A stretch of DNA of 64,000 nt, from assembly GCA_040755855.1 (NCBI GenBank), contig JBFMAD010000002.1:224001-288000 (forward strand), in the 5' to 3' direction. This document shows, piece by piece, positions 62,195 through 64,000 of the stretch. The position numbers and the translations under genes are program-made. The notes beneath the pieces are model-generated. The model did no database searches. It was not told the DNA's origin and worked only from the letters and a program-made list of their open reading frames with translations. The first letter of the stretch is position 1; each line of letters begins with the position of its first letter. This DNA is from Planctomycetota bacterium. Its GTDB lineage: Bacteria > Planctomycetota > Brocadiia > JAADGH01.

Positions 62195-63408
62195 GTTTTC
62201 AGGAAGTGGATGAGCACTTCGATACTCTTAATGATGTCGTCCAGCGCGATCTGCTCGTGGTTCGAGTGCGCGTCGGACAGCTTGCCCGGACCGTAAACGA
62301 CCGTCGGTATCTCGAGCTGGTTGTTATACATCCATGCATCGCACGAGGCCGTCATGGCCGAGACCTCGTCCCTCGCCCCGACCTCGCGGCAGGCGGCTTG
62401 CAGCGTGGTGACCAGCGGATGGTCGGGCGGGAGGACGTTGCCGTCGTGGCGATACATGAATTCGATCTCGTAGTTCTCCCGCAGCCAGTCGCCGCCCTGC
62501 GTCTCGATGGCGGCGCGGACCTCGGCCATTACCTGCTCGCGGGTCTTGTTGGGGAGGAAGCCGAGAACGCCCTTGAGCGTCGCCTTGTCCGGCACGCTGG
62601 CGGGCCAGTTGCCCGCCTCCAACATGCCGATGGTGAGGGGCATGGGATTCTCGAATTTATCAAAGAGCGGCAGGCCCTTCGACTCGGCGAGGAGCTTCGC
62701 GTGGTAGCGCTCCAGGATGCCGACGACTTTGATCGCCTCCTTGAGCGCGCTGACCACCGTCCCCGCGCTGCCGCTGTGCCCGGCCCTGCCGTGGCACGTG
62801 ATGGTGAACCACACCGCCCCGCGCACCGACGGCAGCAGCGCCGTGTCGGTTGGCTCCAGGACGATGGCCCCATCGGCCGAGCACCCGCGCCGGGCGAAGG
62901 CCAGCGTGCCGTTGCCGCCGCACTCTTCCTCGACGACGAAGTGGAACTCCAGGTCGCCGGGGAGCTGAATGTCGAGGTCCGTCAGCGCCTGGACCAGGAG
63001 GCACAGCACGGCCACCTGGCCCTTCGCGTCGCATGCCCCGCGGCCGATGACCATACCGTCCTTCACGCGCGGGTTGAAGGGCTTCTCATGGTTCTTCGAC
63101 GGTGGGACGACGTCGACGTGCGTGTTGAATACCAGCGACTTGCCGCCGCCCGTGCCGGTCTTGCGCACGAGCAGGTTCGGCGTGTCGGCGTAAGTGAAGT
63201 TGTCGAGGCGGAAGGAGTAGTCGGGGTCGTCCTGGATTGAGTCGGGTATCTCGACCAGTTCCACCTCGTCGGCCATGCCCTTGAACCATTCCTTCAGGTA
63301 TCGGTTGACCTGCCCCTCCTGGCCGCGGACGGAGGGCATGCGGATCAGGTCGCAGAGCAGCAGCGCCAGGTCTTCGCGTTTGGTTTCGAGATATTCTCTT
63401 ATGTCCAT
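62185..63408 (-). CDS. M20 metallopeptidase/deacylase (ArgE/DapE-like)
   Basis: 'NTHVDVVP', 'GRGACDAKG', 'VEEE', 'LEPT', 'AHSNHEQI'. Confidence 0.93.
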   Translation of the reverse strand: MDIREYLETKREDLALLLCDLIRMPSVRGQEGQVNRYLKEWFKGMADEVELVEIPDSIQDDPDYSFRLDNFTYADTPNLLVRKTGTGGGKSLVFNTHVDVVPPSKNHEKPFNPRVKDGMVIGRGACDAKGQVAVLCLLVQALTDLDIQLPGDLEFHFVVEEECGGNGTLAFARRGCSADGAIVLEPTDTALLPSVRGAVWFTITCHGRAGHSGSAGTVVSALKEAIKVVGILERYHAKLLAESKGLPLFDKFENPMPLTIGMLEAGNWPASVPDKATLKGVLGFLPNKTREQVMAEVRAAIETQGGDWLRENYEIEFMYRHDGNVLPPDHPLVTTLQAACREVGARDEVSAMTASCDAWMYNNQLEIPTVVYGPGKLSDAHSNHEQIALDDIIKSIEVLIHFLKTWR

Positions 63409-63417
63409 GTTTTACCT

Positions 63418-63441
63418 GTAGCGGAAGTCGCCAGACTTCCG
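63418..63441 (+). repeat. GTAG REP-like hairpin
   Basis: GTAG-CGGAAGTC-gcca-GACTTCCG. Confidence 0.65.
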
Positions 63442-63501
63442 ATCTTCCGGCCCGACCGTTTCTATCCAGAGCCGGAAGCCATGAAAAAAGTAGAAAGTTA
63501 A

Positions 63502-63629
63502 GGGCGCGTTGCCCAAATGTAGTCGCAGGCTTTAGCCTGCGCGATTCGGGGTCGCACGGCCAAACGGCGCAGGCTAAAGCCTGCGGCTACAGATCATTTT
63601 TGCCAGTTCGGGATTTGGGCAACAGGCCC
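63502..63629. mobile_element. 128-bp MITE with 17-bp terminal inverted repeats, TTAA flanks and an internal REP pair
   Basis: GGGCGCGTTGCCCAAAT / ATTTGGGCAACAGGCCC (15/17); TTAA at 63498 and 63630; REPs at 63519-63541 and 63568-63590. Confidence 0.75.
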
Positions 63630-63636
63630 TTAAGAC

Positions 63637-63674
63637 CTGACCCCTACTTGAAACTCTGACCCCTACCTGAAACT
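63637..63674. repeat. 19-bp tandem duplication spanning the aminotransferase stop codon
   Basis: CTGACCCCTACTTGAAACT CTGACCCCTACCTGAAACT. Confidence 0.8.
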
Positions 63675-64000
63675 CTTCAGGATCGTCTCGATGATGTCGC
63701 ACGCCTGCTCCGCTTCGCTTCTTGTGATGACGAGCGGCGGGGCGATGCGGATGACGTTGCCATAGACACCCACCGACCCGACGAGCAGGCCCGACTTGCA
63801 GGCGCGGGTGATGAACTCGCGGGTGATGTCCGGGGCGGGCGCCATCGTCTTTTTGTCCTTCACAAACTCCAGCCCCATGACCAGCCCGCGGCCGCGCGCC
63901 TCGCCGAGCACCTTGTATTTCCTCTGGAACTTCTTGAACCGGCCGAGCATGTACTTGCCGATCTTCAGGGCGTTCTCGGGCAGCCTTTCCTTCTTCATGA
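63663..64000 (-). CDS. Class III PLP aminotransferase (3' part, cut by the window edge)
   Basis: 'RGRGLVMGLEFVKD', 'GNVIRIAPPLVI'. Confidence 0.9.
   Translation of the reverse strand, partial: MKKERLPENALKIGKYMLGRFKKFQRKYKVLGEARGRGLVMGLEFVKDKKTMAPAPDITREFITRACKSGLLVGSVGVYGNVIRIAPPLVITRSEAEQACDIIETILKSFR

Overview
High-GC bacterial chromosome segment. Gene content (Tat Gfo/Idh/MocA enzymes, DUF1080, PQQ-propeller and HEAT proteins, ECF sigma with C-terminal extension, glycyl radical enzyme) suggests an anaerobic Planctomycetota/PVC-like glycan degrader; this is inference. About 36 CDS, mostly carbohydrate or redox enzymes and large secreted hypotheticals. No rRNA, canonical tRNA, CRISPR array or intact transposase/integrase was seen. 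Main points of interest: (1) a lower-GC three-gene operon at 57.6-61.1 kb with two wHTH-like proteins and a GHKL/MORC-type ATPase carrying tandem Ig-like domains but no nuclease, a candidate undescribed defence or DNA-acting system; (2) a nitrogen locus nrpR / PEP-synthase-like / gdhA divergent from a GltB-like gene, with three GG(C/T)A-N6-TGCC palindromes over a consensus promoter; (3) a DUF1080 + 3x Gfo/Idh/MocA + ApbE + HEAT operon in which two oxidoreductases lack the EKP lysine; (4) a tRNA-like element with an aberrant anticodon arm; (5) an AT-rich 130-bp inverted-arm element present twice with the same geometry; (6) several REP- and MITE-like repeats and two orphan 3' gene remnants. All family calls come from motif recognition by eye, not database searches.
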